A program made the position numbers and the translations under genes. A stretch of DNA of 64,000 nt from an uncultured Victivallales bacterium (lineage in GTDB: Bacteria; Verrucomicrobiota; Lentisphaeria; Victivallales; UBA1829), in contig CALXRI010000005.1 in assembly GCA_944390795.1 (NCBI GenBank), forward strand, positions 84,842 to 148,841. Reading direction: 5' to 3'. The notes below the pieces were generated by a model, which made no database searches, was not told where the DNA came from, and saw nothing but the letters and a program-made list of their open reading frames with translations. Shown piece by piece: positions 28,640 through 38,791 of the stretch (its first letter is position 1; every line of letters starts with the position of its first letter).

Positions 28640-28815
28640 AAAAGCCCCTCCTCCCCGCAGCCGCTCCGCGGTTTCTTCAGAGCCGCGCGGCAAAGGCGGA
28701 TCAGAGCATGTTCCGCAGGCGCGTTCAATGCTTCTGTCTCCTCCTCGCTGTATCCGTCTTTCTCCATCTCCGCGATTCCGGCGCCGTTTCACCAGATACG
28801 GCAATGAGAAAAATC

Positions 28816-30606
28816 TCACTTCAGGTATTTTGCGAGCGTCCCGACGGTTTCCCCGAAGAAACACATGCACTCCTCAACAGGTTTCCCGGAGCGGAAATCG
28901 ACACCGGCATCCTTCATGATGTCGAGCACGTCGCGCGAATCGCCCGCCTTCAGGAATCCCATGTAAGGCTGAATTTCACCGGCGAGAATCTTTCTCGAAA
29001 GCGCGACGGCGGCGGAAAATCCGGTCGCATACTTGTAGACGTAGAAATCATAGTAGAAATGGGGGATGCGCGCCCATTCCCAGCGGATGCGGCCGTCGGG
29101 GCTGACGGCGTCGCCGTGGTAGAACGCGTTCAGCGCGAAATACTTTTCCGAAAGCAGGTCGGCGGTGAGCGGCGTGCCGGATTCGGAGAGGGCGGACATG
29201 TCCCGCTCGAATTCGGCGAACATGGTCTGCCGGAACACCGTTCCGCGGATCTCGTCGGCGAGATGGTTGAGGAGATACGCCCGCACCTCGTCGGAGGGAG
29301 CATTCCTCATCAGGTGGTGATGCAGAAGCAGCTCATTCGTCGTCGAGGCGACCTCCGCGACGAAAATCTTGTAGGAGGCATAGTGAAACGCCTGGCTGCG
29401 GTCGGAGAAGTAGGAGTGCATCGAATGCCCGAGTTCGTGCGCGAGCGTGAACACGCTGTCCAGCGTCCCGGAATAGTTCAGAAGGATATAAGGGGGCTTG
29501 CCGTAGCAGCCGCTGGAATAGGCGCCGGAGCGCTTGCCCCGGCATTCGGGAATGTCGATCCAGCGCTGTTCAAAGGCGTTGCCGATCGCGGAGTGATACT
29601 CCTCCCCGAGCACGGCGAGAGAGTCCTTCACGTACTTCACGGCGTCCGGCCACTCCACAAGCATCCTGCATTCGGGCAGCAGGGGAGTGTGAATGTCGTA
29701 CATGTCGAGCTTCTCCAGCCCGAGTTTTTCCGCGCGCAGACGGAAATAGCCGTGGAGGGAGGCGATGTTCGCATGGACCGTGTCGATCAGGCCGTCGTAG
29801 ACGGAAAGCGGCACGCTGTCCTCGAACAGCGAGGCTTCAAGCGCGGACGGGAAATGCCGGAGATCGGCGTTCAGCGCGGAGGTCTTGAAATTCGCGTCCA
29901 GCAGCGAGGAAAAGGTGTTTTTGAATTTCGCGTAGGTGTCGTAGGTCGCTTCGAAAGCCGCCTTCCGGACGGCGCGGTCCGGAGATTCGAGGAACTTGAT
30001 GTAGTTCCCGTGGGTCAGTTCGACTTCCGCGCCGTCCTCTCCGCGGATCGTGCCGAAGCGGAGATCGGCGTCATTCAGGAGCGAAAAGGTTTTGTAGGGA
30101 GTTCCGAGCACATCCGAACTCATGCCGAGAATGCGTTCCTCTGCGGCGGACAGGGTGTGTTCGCGCTCCCGCGCGATTTCATCGAGCGTGCGGCGGTAGA
30201 ACGCCAGAACCTCCGAGGAGCGGAAGCGCTCAAAGACGGAAGCGTCCATGGCGGTCAGTTCAGGCTGAAACCAGGCGCACTCGCCTCCGATCTCCGCATG
30301 TTTTGCGCGGATGCGGTCGAGCCGCGCCCGGTTGGCGGAGTCGCCCGTGTCCTCGTCCGCCTTCAGGTGCGCATAGACGTAAAGCCGTTCCAGGACAAGC
30401 GAGAGCGCGTCGTCCGCCTGAAATGCGGCCAACAGCGTTTCGGGGCTTTCGGCGAGGCGCCCCCGGTATTGCAGAAATGCCTTCACAAGATCGTCGATTC
30501 CTGCGAAATCGTGTTCCCATTTTGCGTCATCCGCATAGAGACGCGTAAGATCCCAGGTCATCTCCGGAGCGATTTCACTGCGTGTTTTCGTTGCATGATC
30601 CGTCAT
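28816..30606 (-). CDS. pepF: oligoendopeptidase F (M3B)
   Basis: 596 aa with the HEXXH zinc motif TLAHELGHSMH. The overall family layout is recognisable. Confidence 0.88.
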   Translation of the reverse strand: MTDHATKTRSEIAPEMTWDLTRLYADDAKWEHDFAGIDDLVKAFLQYRGRLAESPETLLAAFQADDALSLVLERLYVYAHLKADEDTGDSANRARLDRIRAKHAEIGGECAWFQPELTAMDASVFERFRSSEVLAFYRRTLDEIAREREHTLSAAEERILGMSSDVLGTPYKTFSLLNDADLRFGTIRGEDGAEVELTHGNYIKFLESPDRAVRKAAFEATYDTYAKFKNTFSSLLDANFKTSALNADLRHFPSALEASLFEDSVPLSVYDGLIDTVHANIASLHGYFRLRAEKLGLEKLDMYDIHTPLLPECRMLVEWPDAVKYVKDSLAVLGEEYHSAIGNAFEQRWIDIPECRGKRSGAYSSGCYGKPPYILLNYSGTLDSVFTLAHELGHSMHSYFSDRSQAFHYASYKIFVAEVASTTNELLLHHHLMRNAPSDEVRAYLLNHLADEIRGTVFRQTMFAEFERDMSALSESGTPLTADLLSEKYFALNAFYHGDAVSPDGRIRWEWARIPHFYYDFYVYKYATGFSAAVALSRKILAGEIQPYMGFLKAGDSRDVLDIMKDAGVDFRSGKPVEECMCFFGETVGTLAKYLK

Positions 30607-30760
30607 TTTTCACCGTTTCTGGTTGGATGGTTGAAGTTTTTCCTGAAATATAAGTGTTTGTTCCGGATTCTTCAAGCTTTTTCATTTGCTCCCGCGCAAA
30701 AGAGGAGTATATTATTTCCCTGCCGCGTCACCGGGAAAGAACAGAGAGAGGAGCTGCGCC

Positions 30761-32719
30761 ATGCCGAACAACTATTACGTCACCACGCCGATTTATTATG
30801 TCAATGACAAACCGCATATCGGACACTCCTACACCACCATGCTGGCCGACGTCCTGACCCGCTTTCATGCCGCGATGGGAGACGACACCTTCTTCCTGAC
30901 CGGGACCGACGAACACGGGCAGAAAGTGCAGAAGGCCGCCGAACAGCGTCATATGGATCCCCTGGCCCACTGCAACGAGACCGTGATCCGCTTCCAGGAG
31001 CTCTGGAAACGGCTCGGCATTCACAACAGCGACTTCATCCGCACGACCCAGGAGCGCCACAAGAAAATCGTATGCAGGATTCTGCAGGATCTCTTCGACC
31101 GGGGCCTGATCTACAAGGCCGAATACACCGGGCACTACTGCATCCCCTGTGAACGCTATTTCACGGAAAAAGACCTGCTCGAAGGCGGTCTCTGCCCCGA
31201 ATGCCGCCGGGCGACCTCGAAACTGATCGAATCCAACTATTTCTTCAAAATGAGCCTCTATCAGGACTGGCTCGTCGACTACATCAAGACCCATCCCGGA
31301 TTCATCCAGCCGGAATACCGTGCCAACGAGACGCTCGGATTCCTCCGCAAGCCGCTGGGAGATCTGTGCATCTCTCGTCCGAAATCGCGCCTTTCCTGGG
31401 GCATCGAGCTGCCGTTCGACAAGGATTACGTCTGCTACGTCTGGTTCGACGCGCTGATCAACTACATTTCCGCAATCGGCTACGGGACAGACGAGGAGAA
31501 ATTCCGGAAATGGTGGTCCGGCGCACACCACCTGATCGGCAAGGACATCCTTACCACGCACACCGTCTACTGGCCCACCATGCTCAAGGCAATGGATCTT
31601 CCGATGCCGAAGTCCATCTTCGCGCACGGCTGGTGGCTGAGCGGACAGGACAAGATGAGCAAATCGCTCGGCAACGTCGTCAACCCGATGGACATGATGA
31701 ATCTCTTCGGCGTGGACGCGTTCCGCTACTGCCTGATGGCGGAAATGGTGCTAGGAAACGACGCGTCCTTCACGCAGAGTTCCTTCATCAAGCGCTACAA
31801 CAGCGATCTGGCGAACGATCTGGGCAACATGCTCAGCCGCGCGGTCAAACTCACGATCAAATACTTTGAAGGCCGCATTCCGGCGCCGGGCGGATACGAG
31901 GCCCCCGACCGGGAGCTCCGGGACCAGGCGCTCGCGTCCATCCCCCTGATGCGCAGTGCGGTTGAAAACATGAAGATCGACCGCGGAATCGACGGAGTCA
32001 TGAACGTGGTCCGCGCGGCAAACCGCTACATGGAGAAAACCGCGCCGTGGACGCTTGCAAAAGAGGGAAACATGGCGCGTCTGGCCACCGTGCTCTACAC
32101 GACTGCGGAAACACTGCGGATCGTGTCGGGGCTGCTGCTTCCGGTCATGCCGTGCAAGATGAAGGAATTCCGGATGAAGCTCGGACTTCCCGAAGAGATC
32201 GCGGAAAAATCCGATTTCGCCGGACGCCTCGCAAAATGGGGAACGCTTGAGCCGGGCACACAGGTGCAGGATACCGATGCGCTCTTTCCGCGGATCGTCA
32301 TCGAGGAACCCATGGCGCAGCTCAAGGCCGAAGGACGGAAAGCCAATCCGAAAGCCGAAGAGAAGAAAAGCGGCACAGTGGCAGTCGGCGCGGAAACGGT
32401 CACGATCGACGATTTCGCGAAGATCAGCCTGAAAACCGCAAAAATCCTGGAAGCGGAAAAGGTCGAGGGCGCGGACAAGCTGCTGAAACTGAAAATTTCA
32501 CTTGGAACGGAAACGCGCCAGATTGTGTCCGGCATTGCGAAATATTACACGCCGGAGGAACTCGTCGGGAAAATCATCATCGTGGTGGCAAACCTGAAAC
32601 CGGCGAAAATCCGCGGGGTGGAGTCGTTCGGGATGCTGCTTGCGGCGAAAACCGGCGACACGCTCAAGCTGGCGACAATTGACGGCGGCGAGTTTCCGGA
32701 CGGCATCGCGGTCGGCTGA
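30761..32719 (+). CDS. metG: methionine--tRNA ligase with C-terminal tRNA-binding (Trbp111/EMAPII-like) domain
   Basis: MPNNYYVTTPIYYVNDKPHIGHSYTT (HIGH), KMSKS as DKMSKSLGN, zinc knuckle CIPC...CPEC. The C-terminal LEAEKVEGADKLLKLKISLG is the tRNA-binding domain. Confidence 0.95.
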   Translation: MPNNYYVTTPIYYVNDKPHIGHSYTTMLADVLTRFHAAMGDDTFFLTGTDEHGQKVQKAAEQRHMDPLAHCNETVIRFQELWKRLGIHNSDFIRTTQERHKKIVCRILQDLFDRGLIYKAEYTGHYCIPCERYFTEKDLLEGGLCPECRRATSKLIESNYFFKMSLYQDWLVDYIKTHPGFIQPEYRANETLGFLRKPLGDLCISRPKSRLSWGIELPFDKDYVCYVWFDALINYISAIGYGTDEEKFRKWWSGAHHLIGKDILTTHTVYWPTMLKAMDLPMPKSIFAHGWWLSGQDKMSKSLGNVVNPMDMMNLFGVDAFRYCLMAEMVLGNDASFTQSSFIKRYNSDLANDLGNMLSRAVKLTIKYFEGRIPAPGGYEAPDRELRDQALASIPLMRSAVENMKIDRGIDGVMNVVRAANRYMEKTAPWTLAKEGNMARLATVLYTTAETLRIVSGLLLPVMPCKMKEFRMKLGLPEEIAEKSDFAGRLAKWGTLEPGTQVQDTDALFPRIVIEEPMAQLKAEGRKANPKAEEKKSGTVAVGAETVTIDDFAKISLKTAKILEAEKVEGADKLLKLKISLGTETRQIVSGIAKYYTPEELVGKIIIVVANLKPAKIRGVESFGMLLAAKTGDTLKLATIDGGEFPDGIAVG

Positions 32720-32774
32720 AATTGCCGCCCGGAATGCGCCGCAGTCCGGCAGAACGGAGGGATGATCCGGCATC

Positions 32775-34745
32775 ATGGGTATTGTAACGGCACTTCTCGC
32801 AATTATGATCGGAGGCCTGATCGGGGGCGGCATAGCCAAACGCCTCGGACAGCCGCTTCTGCTTGGATACATTCTCGCCGGCGTCACGATCAGCCTCATC
32901 AACAGCGGAGCAAACGGGGTCGTCATCGACCAGAATCAGCTTCAGGGACTCTCGGACATCGGCGTGGCGCTGCTGCTCTTCTCCATGGGGCTTGAATTCT
33001 CGCTGGACGACATCCGCCCGGTCCGGAAACTCGCGATATGGGGATCGATCATCCAGGTCTGCGCGACACTTCTCTGCGTTTTCGGCATCCTGAAGGGAAT
33101 GTTCGGCATTTCCAGTTATCCCGCGCTGTTCGCGGGTGCGGCCTTTGTCTCCACCAGTACAGCGGTCGTGCTCAAGAGCCTGACGCTGCACAACCGCATG
33201 ATGACGCTTTCCGGCCGCTCGATGATAGGGGTCTCGCTGGTGCAGGATCTGATCGTCATCCCGCTGATGGTGCTTCTGATGAATGCGAACAACCTCAACA
33301 GCGGGCTGATGAACGCCCTGAAGCCGGTCGGAATCGGGGCGGCCTTCGTAACGGCGCTGTTCCTGATCGGACCGCGCGTGATTCCGCGCATTCTGCGACG
33401 CGTCTCCTCATGGAATTCGCAGGAGCTGTTTCTCCTCTGCATCACCGTCATCAGTCTGGGGATCGGCTTTCTGGCGGACAAAATGTGCCTGACCTTCTCG
33501 TTCGGCGCGTTCATGGCGGGCATTCTCCTGAACGGATCCGATTACGGGAAAAAAGCGCTGTACGAGATGCTTCCCGTCCGCGATCTGTTCAGCATGCTCT
33601 TTTTCGTCTCCATCGGCATGCTGATGAACGTGCCCTTTCTGATGAAGCACTTCTGGGTCATTCTGCTTCTGGTCCTGCTGACCGGACTGAGCCGGACCCT
33701 GTTTCTGGCGATTCTCGCATGGCTGTTCAAATACCGCAATGTCATTCCGACGGCCATGTTCTTCGGCATGTTTCCGACATCGGAAATCGCGTTCATTGTT
33801 CTGAGCTCCGGCTATGCGGCGGGCATCCTGTCGCAGGATCTTTACATGCTGATGCTCTGCACGGTCATCTGCTCGATGGTTCTCGGACCGCCGATCTCCT
33901 CGCTCACAACTCCCGCCTACGATTATCTGCGCAGACATTTCCCGACGGCGGTCCTGAACACCTTCACGATGCCGGAGCCGACGCTGACCAACCACATTAT
34001 CCTCGCCGGAGGCGGACGGGTGCAGCGTGTCGTGGCGAAGGTGATGGAGCACTTCGAGCTTCCCTACATCATCATCGAACCGAACTACTTCCTGTTCAAC
34101 GAAATGCGGAAGGACGGGCTGGAATGCGTATTCGGCTCGCCCTCGGAGGAGGTGATCCTCAAGGCGGCGGCGGTCGGGCGCGCCAGAATGATCATCGCGG
34201 CGGCGGAGGAGTTCAAGACGAACACGGACATCATCCGCAATGCGCGCCTTCTCAATCCGGACATCAAGATCGTTTCGCAGGCTTACTCGCAGAAAGAGGC
34301 TGACGCGATGCACGAATACAAGGTCTTCGACGTGATGCGTCCCGTGTTCGAGCTCGGACTTGATCTCTCGCGCCTCGCGCTCCACAAGCTGGACTATTCC
34401 ATGATCCAGATTCAGAACAATCTCCAGAAACTGCGCGACCGCTACTCCACTCCGCTGATGCTGAGCAGAGCCGATGCGAAACGCAGCGACAACCTGAATG
34501 CCTTTGTCGGCATGGTCGATTTCAAATGGATGGAAGTCGGCAGGGATTCGGAGCTGGCGAACCGGGCTTTCAGCGGTCCGCTCCGGGAAAAAGGCAGCGT
34601 CCACATCGTCGGCGTGATCCGGGGCAACGACCTGATCCCGAATCCGGAAGAGAACTTTGTCTTTCTGGATGGCGACCTGCTGGCGGTCATCGCGCCGGAG
34701 GAGGAACGGCGCGCCTTCGCGCTTCTGCTCGGCGGCACGGCCTGA
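32775..34745 (+). CDS. CPA2 cation:proton antiporter (KefB/C-like) with RCK/TrkA-N and TrkA-C domains
   Basis: About 12 TM helices, then IILAGGGRVQRVV (Rossmann GxGxxG-like) and a C-terminal TrkA-C-like segment HIVGVIRGNDLIPNPEENFVFLDGDLLAVI. Confidence 0.85.
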   Translation: MGIVTALLAIMIGGLIGGGIAKRLGQPLLLGYILAGVTISLINSGANGVVIDQNQLQGLSDIGVALLLFSMGLEFSLDDIRPVRKLAIWGSIIQVCATLLCVFGILKGMFGISSYPALFAGAAFVSTSTAVVLKSLTLHNRMMTLSGRSMIGVSLVQDLIVIPLMVLLMNANNLNSGLMNALKPVGIGAAFVTALFLIGPRVIPRILRRVSSWNSQELFLLCITVISLGIGFLADKMCLTFSFGAFMAGILLNGSDYGKKALYEMLPVRDLFSMLFFVSIGMLMNVPFLMKHFWVILLLVLLTGLSRTLFLAILAWLFKYRNVIPTAMFFGMFPTSEIAFIVLSSGYAAGILSQDLYMLMLCTVICSMVLGPPISSLTTPAYDYLRRHFPTAVLNTFTMPEPTLTNHIILAGGGRVQRVVAKVMEHFELPYIIIEPNYFLFNEMRKDGLECVFGSPSEEVILKAAAVGRARMIIAAAEEFKTNTDIIRNARLLNPDIKIVSQAYSQKEADAMHEYKVFDVMRPVFELGLDLSRLALHKLDYSMIQIQNNLQKLRDRYSTPLMLSRADAKRSDNLNAFVGMVDFKWMEVGRDSELANRAFSGPLREKGSVHIVGVIRGNDLIPNPEENFVFLDGDLLAVIAPEEERRAFALLLGGTA

Positions 34746-34898
34746 AGGGCAACCCGCACACCGGACTTCTTCGCGTGATATGCGCAGTTTCAGCAGGCAT
34801 TCCGTTTTCCATGCGCTGCCTCTGCCGGAAGCCGCCCTGCCCCGCAGGAAATGATCCGTAAAAATATCAAAAAAAACATTCCTCCCGGGCTTGCCGTG

Positions 34899-34927
34899 TT
34901 GAAATTCGCGGACAAAACGGTTATATT
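34899..34927 (+). promoter_or_regulatory. sigma70-type promoter upstream of fabF-lipA
   Basis: TTGAAA(34899-904)-17 nt-TATATT(34922-27), 45 nt upstream of the fabF ATG. Confidence 0.4.
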
Positions 34928-34972
34928 GCGGCGAATGAGCATAGAAAAACTGCCTGGAAAGGATCTCATGCC

Positions 34973-36205
34973 ATGACAAAGAGAGTTGTCGTAACGGGCC
35001 GCGGACTCGTAACTCCGCTCGGGAACGGTCTCGCGCAGAACGTGCGGAACCTGAAAGACGGGAAGCCCGGAATCGTATTCATGCCGGAATGGCGGGATAT
35101 GGGTCTGGAAAGCCAGGTGGCGGGCGTCTCGGACAACGAGGTCCAGTGCCCCATGTTCAATGTCAAGAATCTGCGCTTCATGTCGCCGAACTCCCGCATG
35201 GCGGCGGCCGCAGTTTACGAGGCTCTCGTCGAGGCGGGATTCGCGCCCGAGGATCTCCCGAACCGCAGAATCGCCCTCATCAACGGCTGCGCCGGAAGCT
35301 CCTACCTCACGGTCTACAAGAACATGAAGTCGTTCGAGACGACAAAACGTCTCCGCAGCGTGTCGCCGTTCTCCGTGCCCAAGATCATGCCATCATCGGC
35401 GGTGGCGAACATCTCGCTTCTTTACGAAATCACGGGAGAAAGCTACAACATCAGCGCGGCATGCACGGGAAGCGCGCTGGCAATCATCGCGGGGGCGCGC
35501 CTGATCCGCTCCGGCGAATATGAAATGGTCATCGTCGGCGGCTCCGAAGAGCTGAGCTGGGGACAGGCGCTCGGGTTCAATACGATGCGCGCACTCTCGC
35601 ACAGCTTCAACGAAACCCCGGAACAGGCGAGCCGCCCCTTCGACAAACGGCGCGACGGATTCGTGCTGGCGGAAGGCGCCGGCATGCTCGTTCTCGAAAG
35701 CGAGGAGCATGCGATGAAACGCGGCGCGGCGCCGAAAGCGGTCATCTCCGGCTACTATGCCAACAGCAATGCCGTGGACATGGTGGTGCCGAACGCGGAA
35801 TCGACGGCTGAAGTCATGGCCCGCGCCCTGGAGTGCGCCGGACTGAAGAGTTCCGACGTCACCTATGTCAACACGCACGGGACCTCGACGCCGGTCGGAG
35901 ACCCCATCGAGCTCGAAGGCATCCGGAAGGTGTTCGGCTCCGATCACGAGGTGGCGATCAACAGCACGAAATCCATGACCGGGCACATGATCGGCGCGGC
36001 TGGCGCGGTCGAGGCGATCTTCACCACGCTGATGATCGAGCACTCCTTCCTCTGCAAATCCGCGAATCTGGACGATCCGGACGACTCCTTCGCATGGGCG
36101 GACCTGATCCGCGAAACACGCGAAAACGTCGAAATCCGGCATGCCCTGAGCAACAGCTTCGGATTCGGCGGATCCAATGCAAGTCTCGTGATCTCGAAAT
36201 ACTGA
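34973..36205 (+). CDS. fabF: beta-ketoacyl-ACP synthase II
   Basis: Active-site Cys in NISAACTGSALAI. His residues in VNTHGTSTPVGD and TKSMTGHMIGAAG. C-terminal NSFGFGGSNASLV. Confidence 0.92.
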   Translation: MTKRVVVTGRGLVTPLGNGLAQNVRNLKDGKPGIVFMPEWRDMGLESQVAGVSDNEVQCPMFNVKNLRFMSPNSRMAAAAVYEALVEAGFAPEDLPNRRIALINGCAGSSYLTVYKNMKSFETTKRLRSVSPFSVPKIMPSSAVANISLLYEITGESYNISAACTGSALAIIAGARLIRSGEYEMVIVGGSEELSWGQALGFNTMRALSHSFNETPEQASRPFDKRRDGFVLAEGAGMLVLESEEHAMKRGAAPKAVISGYYANSNAVDMVVPNAESTAEVMARALECAGLKSSDVTYVNTHGTSTPVGDPIELEGIRKVFGSDHEVAINSTKSMTGHMIGAAGAVEAIFTTLMIEHSFLCKSANLDDPDDSFAWADLIRETRENVEIRHALSNSFGFGGSNASLVISKY

Positions 36206-36212
36206 GCGCGAA

Positions 36213-37091
36213 ATGAGCACCGGAAAATTCGACTTCCGCCCGAAACTGCCGCCCTGGATCCGTATCAAGGTTCCCTGCGGCGAACAGCGCGAACATGTGG
36301 ATGCGCTTCTGAAAACCAACAGTCTGAACACGGTCTGCCGCGGGGCGCAGTGTCCGAATCTCTGCGAGTGCTGGCACCGGGGGACCGCGGCGTTCATGAT
36401 TCTCGGAGAACGGTGCACGCGCAACTGCAAATTCTGCGCCGTGAGCCATGTCGAACAGCCGCTTCCGCCCGATCCCGCCGAACCGGAACATCTGGCCGAA
36501 GCCGCCGCGAAAATGCATCTGGCCTTTGTCGTCGTGACGAGTGTCACGCGCGATGACCTGCCCGACGGCGGCGCGGAACATTTTGCGAAAACAATCCGGG
36601 CGCTGAAAAACCGGATTCCCGGCGTGAAGGTCGAGGTGCTGGTTCCCGACTTCAATTTCGTGGAAAAGGATATCCGCACCGTGCTTGACGCGGAACCGGA
36701 TGTCTACAACCACAATGTGGAGACGGTCGAACGCCTGACTCCGCTGATCCGCTCGAAGGCGCAGTACCGGCGTTCCCTCGCGGTGCTTGCGAAAGCGTTT
36801 TCCATGACGGACGGACGCATTCCGGTCAAATCCGGAATCATGGTCGGCATGGGAGAGACGGATGACGAAGTGCTTCAGACCATCCGCGACATCCGCGAAA
36901 CGGGCGCGACCTTCCTGACGATCGGGCAGTATCTGCCTCCGTCCCGGGAACACTGGAAACTGGAACGCTATGTGGAACCCGCGCTCTTCGACTCCTGGGG
37001 TGCCTATGCAAAAGAGATCGGCTTCGAACACGTCAGTTCCGGCCCCCTTGTCCGCAGCTCCTATTATGCCGAGGAACTGGCAAAAAGCTGA
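36213..37091 (+). CDS. lipA: lipoyl synthase
   Basis: CRGAQCPNLCEC (auxiliary cluster C-x4-C-x5-C) and CTRNCKFC (radical SAM CX3CX2C). Confidence 0.95.
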   Translation: MSTGKFDFRPKLPPWIRIKVPCGEQREHVDALLKTNSLNTVCRGAQCPNLCECWHRGTAAFMILGERCTRNCKFCAVSHVEQPLPPDPAEPEHLAEAAAKMHLAFVVVTSVTRDDLPDGGAEHFAKTIRALKNRIPGVKVEVLVPDFNFVEKDIRTVLDAEPDVYNHNVETVERLTPLIRSKAQYRRSLAVLAKAFSMTDGRIPVKSGIMVGMGETDDEVLQTIRDIRETGATFLTIGQYLPPSREHWKLERYVEPALFDSWGAYAKEIGFEHVSSGPLVRSSYYAEELAKS

Positions 37092-37161
37092 ACGGAATGC
37101 CGTGCAGCCAACCGCCGGAACCGGGATGAGGGGAAAAAAAGAAGGGAAAAACAACGGGCGC

Positions 37162-38658
37162 CTATTTTCCGGCGGCTTTGGCTATTTCCGTTTTTGCGTC
37201 ACCCTGCGCGGCATTCAGTTCACCTGTAAGTTCCGCGAGATCCTTGTCGGACATGCTGCGGATGCCGATGGCATTCAAGAGCCGGTAGTAGGAAACGTAA
37301 TAGTTGCCAAGCGACATGATGCGCTGAATATCGCTTTCCGCCGTGGTAAGACGAATATGATCGAGTTCAAGGCGCGAAAGATCGCCGGTGATCTTCTGGT
37401 TCTTCAGAGAATTCGTCAGATGCGTGTTGTAGTTCTCAAACGTCCTGGTGTTCGTATCAAGAATCTCCTTGTTCGCCATGATGTCGGCATGGGCGATGCG
37501 GACCTGCGCCATCACGGTGATGGCCTGCCCGTAGGAACGGACCTGCTCGGCTTCGACCTGGGCGTCATAACTCATGTATTCGCCGATCTTCTGCGGAACT
37601 TTCAGAAGATTGAAGGCGGACTGGATCCCGAGCTCCCACCAGTTCTCCTTGTAAAGGAAGGAATTGTTATTGTTGTTGTAGTCTGCAAAAAGTCTTGCGC
37701 TAGGGAACATGGAAAGAAGCACTTTCCGGCATTCAATCACATTGATATGTTTCTGCATGTCGATCTCATAGAGCTCCGGACGCTTCATCAGGGCGATCTG
37801 CTCCATCACTTCCATTTCGGGGAACTTGAATTCCGGAATCTTGGCAAGAGCGGAATCGTCCACGGTGATGTTCGCCGTCGGATAGTATCCGAGCAGGGAA
37901 CGCAGCTCAATGCAGGCGTTCTGATAGTCGAGAATATAATCGGTGAGCTTCCGTTCCATCTCAATGAAACGGCTGGTCTCGTCAAAGGCGCGGAACGGCG
38001 TGATTTTCTTGGCATCGCTGAGCTTCTTGATCAGCGTGTAGCGATCGCGGCAGGTGGCGAGCAGACCGCGGGTGATATTGATTGCGCGCTGTGCGGCGGC
38101 GACCTGAAAGTAGACCCTTACAACGTCCAGCGTCAAATTCTGCGAGACGCGCTCCGTGCGCTGCTGACGCATCAGATAGCGGTCGTGCGCCTGCTGCGAA
38201 TTGAAGAAGGCAAGCCCGAAGTCCATGATGCTCAGTGCAAAGTCAATATTAAACGCGTTGATGTTGCGGTCGGAACTCGTGCTGGCTCCGTATGTCGCGC
38301 CGCCGGATTTGTAAGCCTTGCTGCTGGAGGCGGGAGTGTTGGAGCGTCCTGTAAAGCTGTTGCTGATGTTGATTTCAGGAAGCATGCCGAGGAGCTCCGC
38401 TGTCCGCATTTCATGGGCGACAGCCTCTTCCAGCCTGCTCACTTTCACGTCCAGATTGTTCTCGTGCGCCAGACGGATGCATTCCGGAAGCGTGAGCCGG
38501 ACATCCTGAGGCAGCTCCTTGAACTGCGACTGTTCAAAATGCAGTCTTGCGTAATTGGCGCGCTCCAGGCGGAAATCCTCTTCGCTTTTACAGCCGGCGA
38601 AGGCAAGCACAGCGATAACGCCAAGCGCCATGACCACTGAAAAAGATCTCTTCAGCAT
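37162..38658 (-). CDS. TolC-family outer-membrane efflux lipoprotein
   Basis: Start trimmed to ATG 38658: MLKRSFSVVMALGVIAVLAFAGC (lipobox). Two OEP-type helical repeats. Confidence 0.75.
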   Translation of the reverse strand: MLKRSFSVVMALGVIAVLAFAGCKSEEDFRLERANYARLHFEQSQFKELPQDVRLTLPECIRLAHENNLDVKVSRLEEAVAHEMRTAELLGMLPEINISNSFTGRSNTPASSSKAYKSGGATYGASTSSDRNINAFNIDFALSIMDFGLAFFNSQQAHDRYLMRQQRTERVSQNLTLDVVRVYFQVAAAQRAINITRGLLATCRDRYTLIKKLSDAKKITPFRAFDETSRFIEMERKLTDYILDYQNACIELRSLLGYYPTANITVDDSALAKIPEFKFPEMEVMEQIALMKRPELYEIDMQKHINVIECRKVLLSMFPSARLFADYNNNNNSFLYKENWWELGIQSAFNLLKVPQKIGEYMSYDAQVEAEQVRSYGQAITVMAQVRIAHADIMANKEILDTNTRTFENYNTHLTNSLKNQKITGDLSRLELDHIRLTTAESDIQRIMSLGNYYVSYYRLLNAIGIRSMSDKDLAELTGELNAAQGDAKTEIAKAAGK

Positions 38659-38749
38659 ACGATCACTCCGTTCGTTAAGATATAAGCTTCCAGAAATTCC
38701 AAACCATAACGTCCCCGGCAGGCAACGGCATGGTTTGATTCTTCTGCAA

Positions 38750-38781
38750 AGACAGAAAAACCGGACGGTTTTTCCGTCCGG
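38750..38781 (-). terminator. rho-independent terminator ending the nrdJ-mraY-small-gene unit
   Basis: Minus strand: CCGGACGG-AAAAA-CCGTCCGG followed by TTTTTCTGTCTTT, 10 nt after the stop at 38792. Confidence 0.75.
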
Positions 38782-38791
38782 CGGAACCCTC

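Noticed and set aside
30607-30760. T-box or other leader upstream of metG
   Set aside because: The region is only ~150 nt and shows no specifier or T-box sequence. There is only a weak promoter-like TTTGCT-17 nt-TATATT.
25669-30807. Plus-strand ORFs of 842 aa (25669-28197) and 699 aa (28708-30807)
   Set aside because: They lie opposite the GT2/GT-C gene and pepF, both of which carry clear family motifs. The translations are low-complexity and R/E/G-rich, typical of shadow ORFs.
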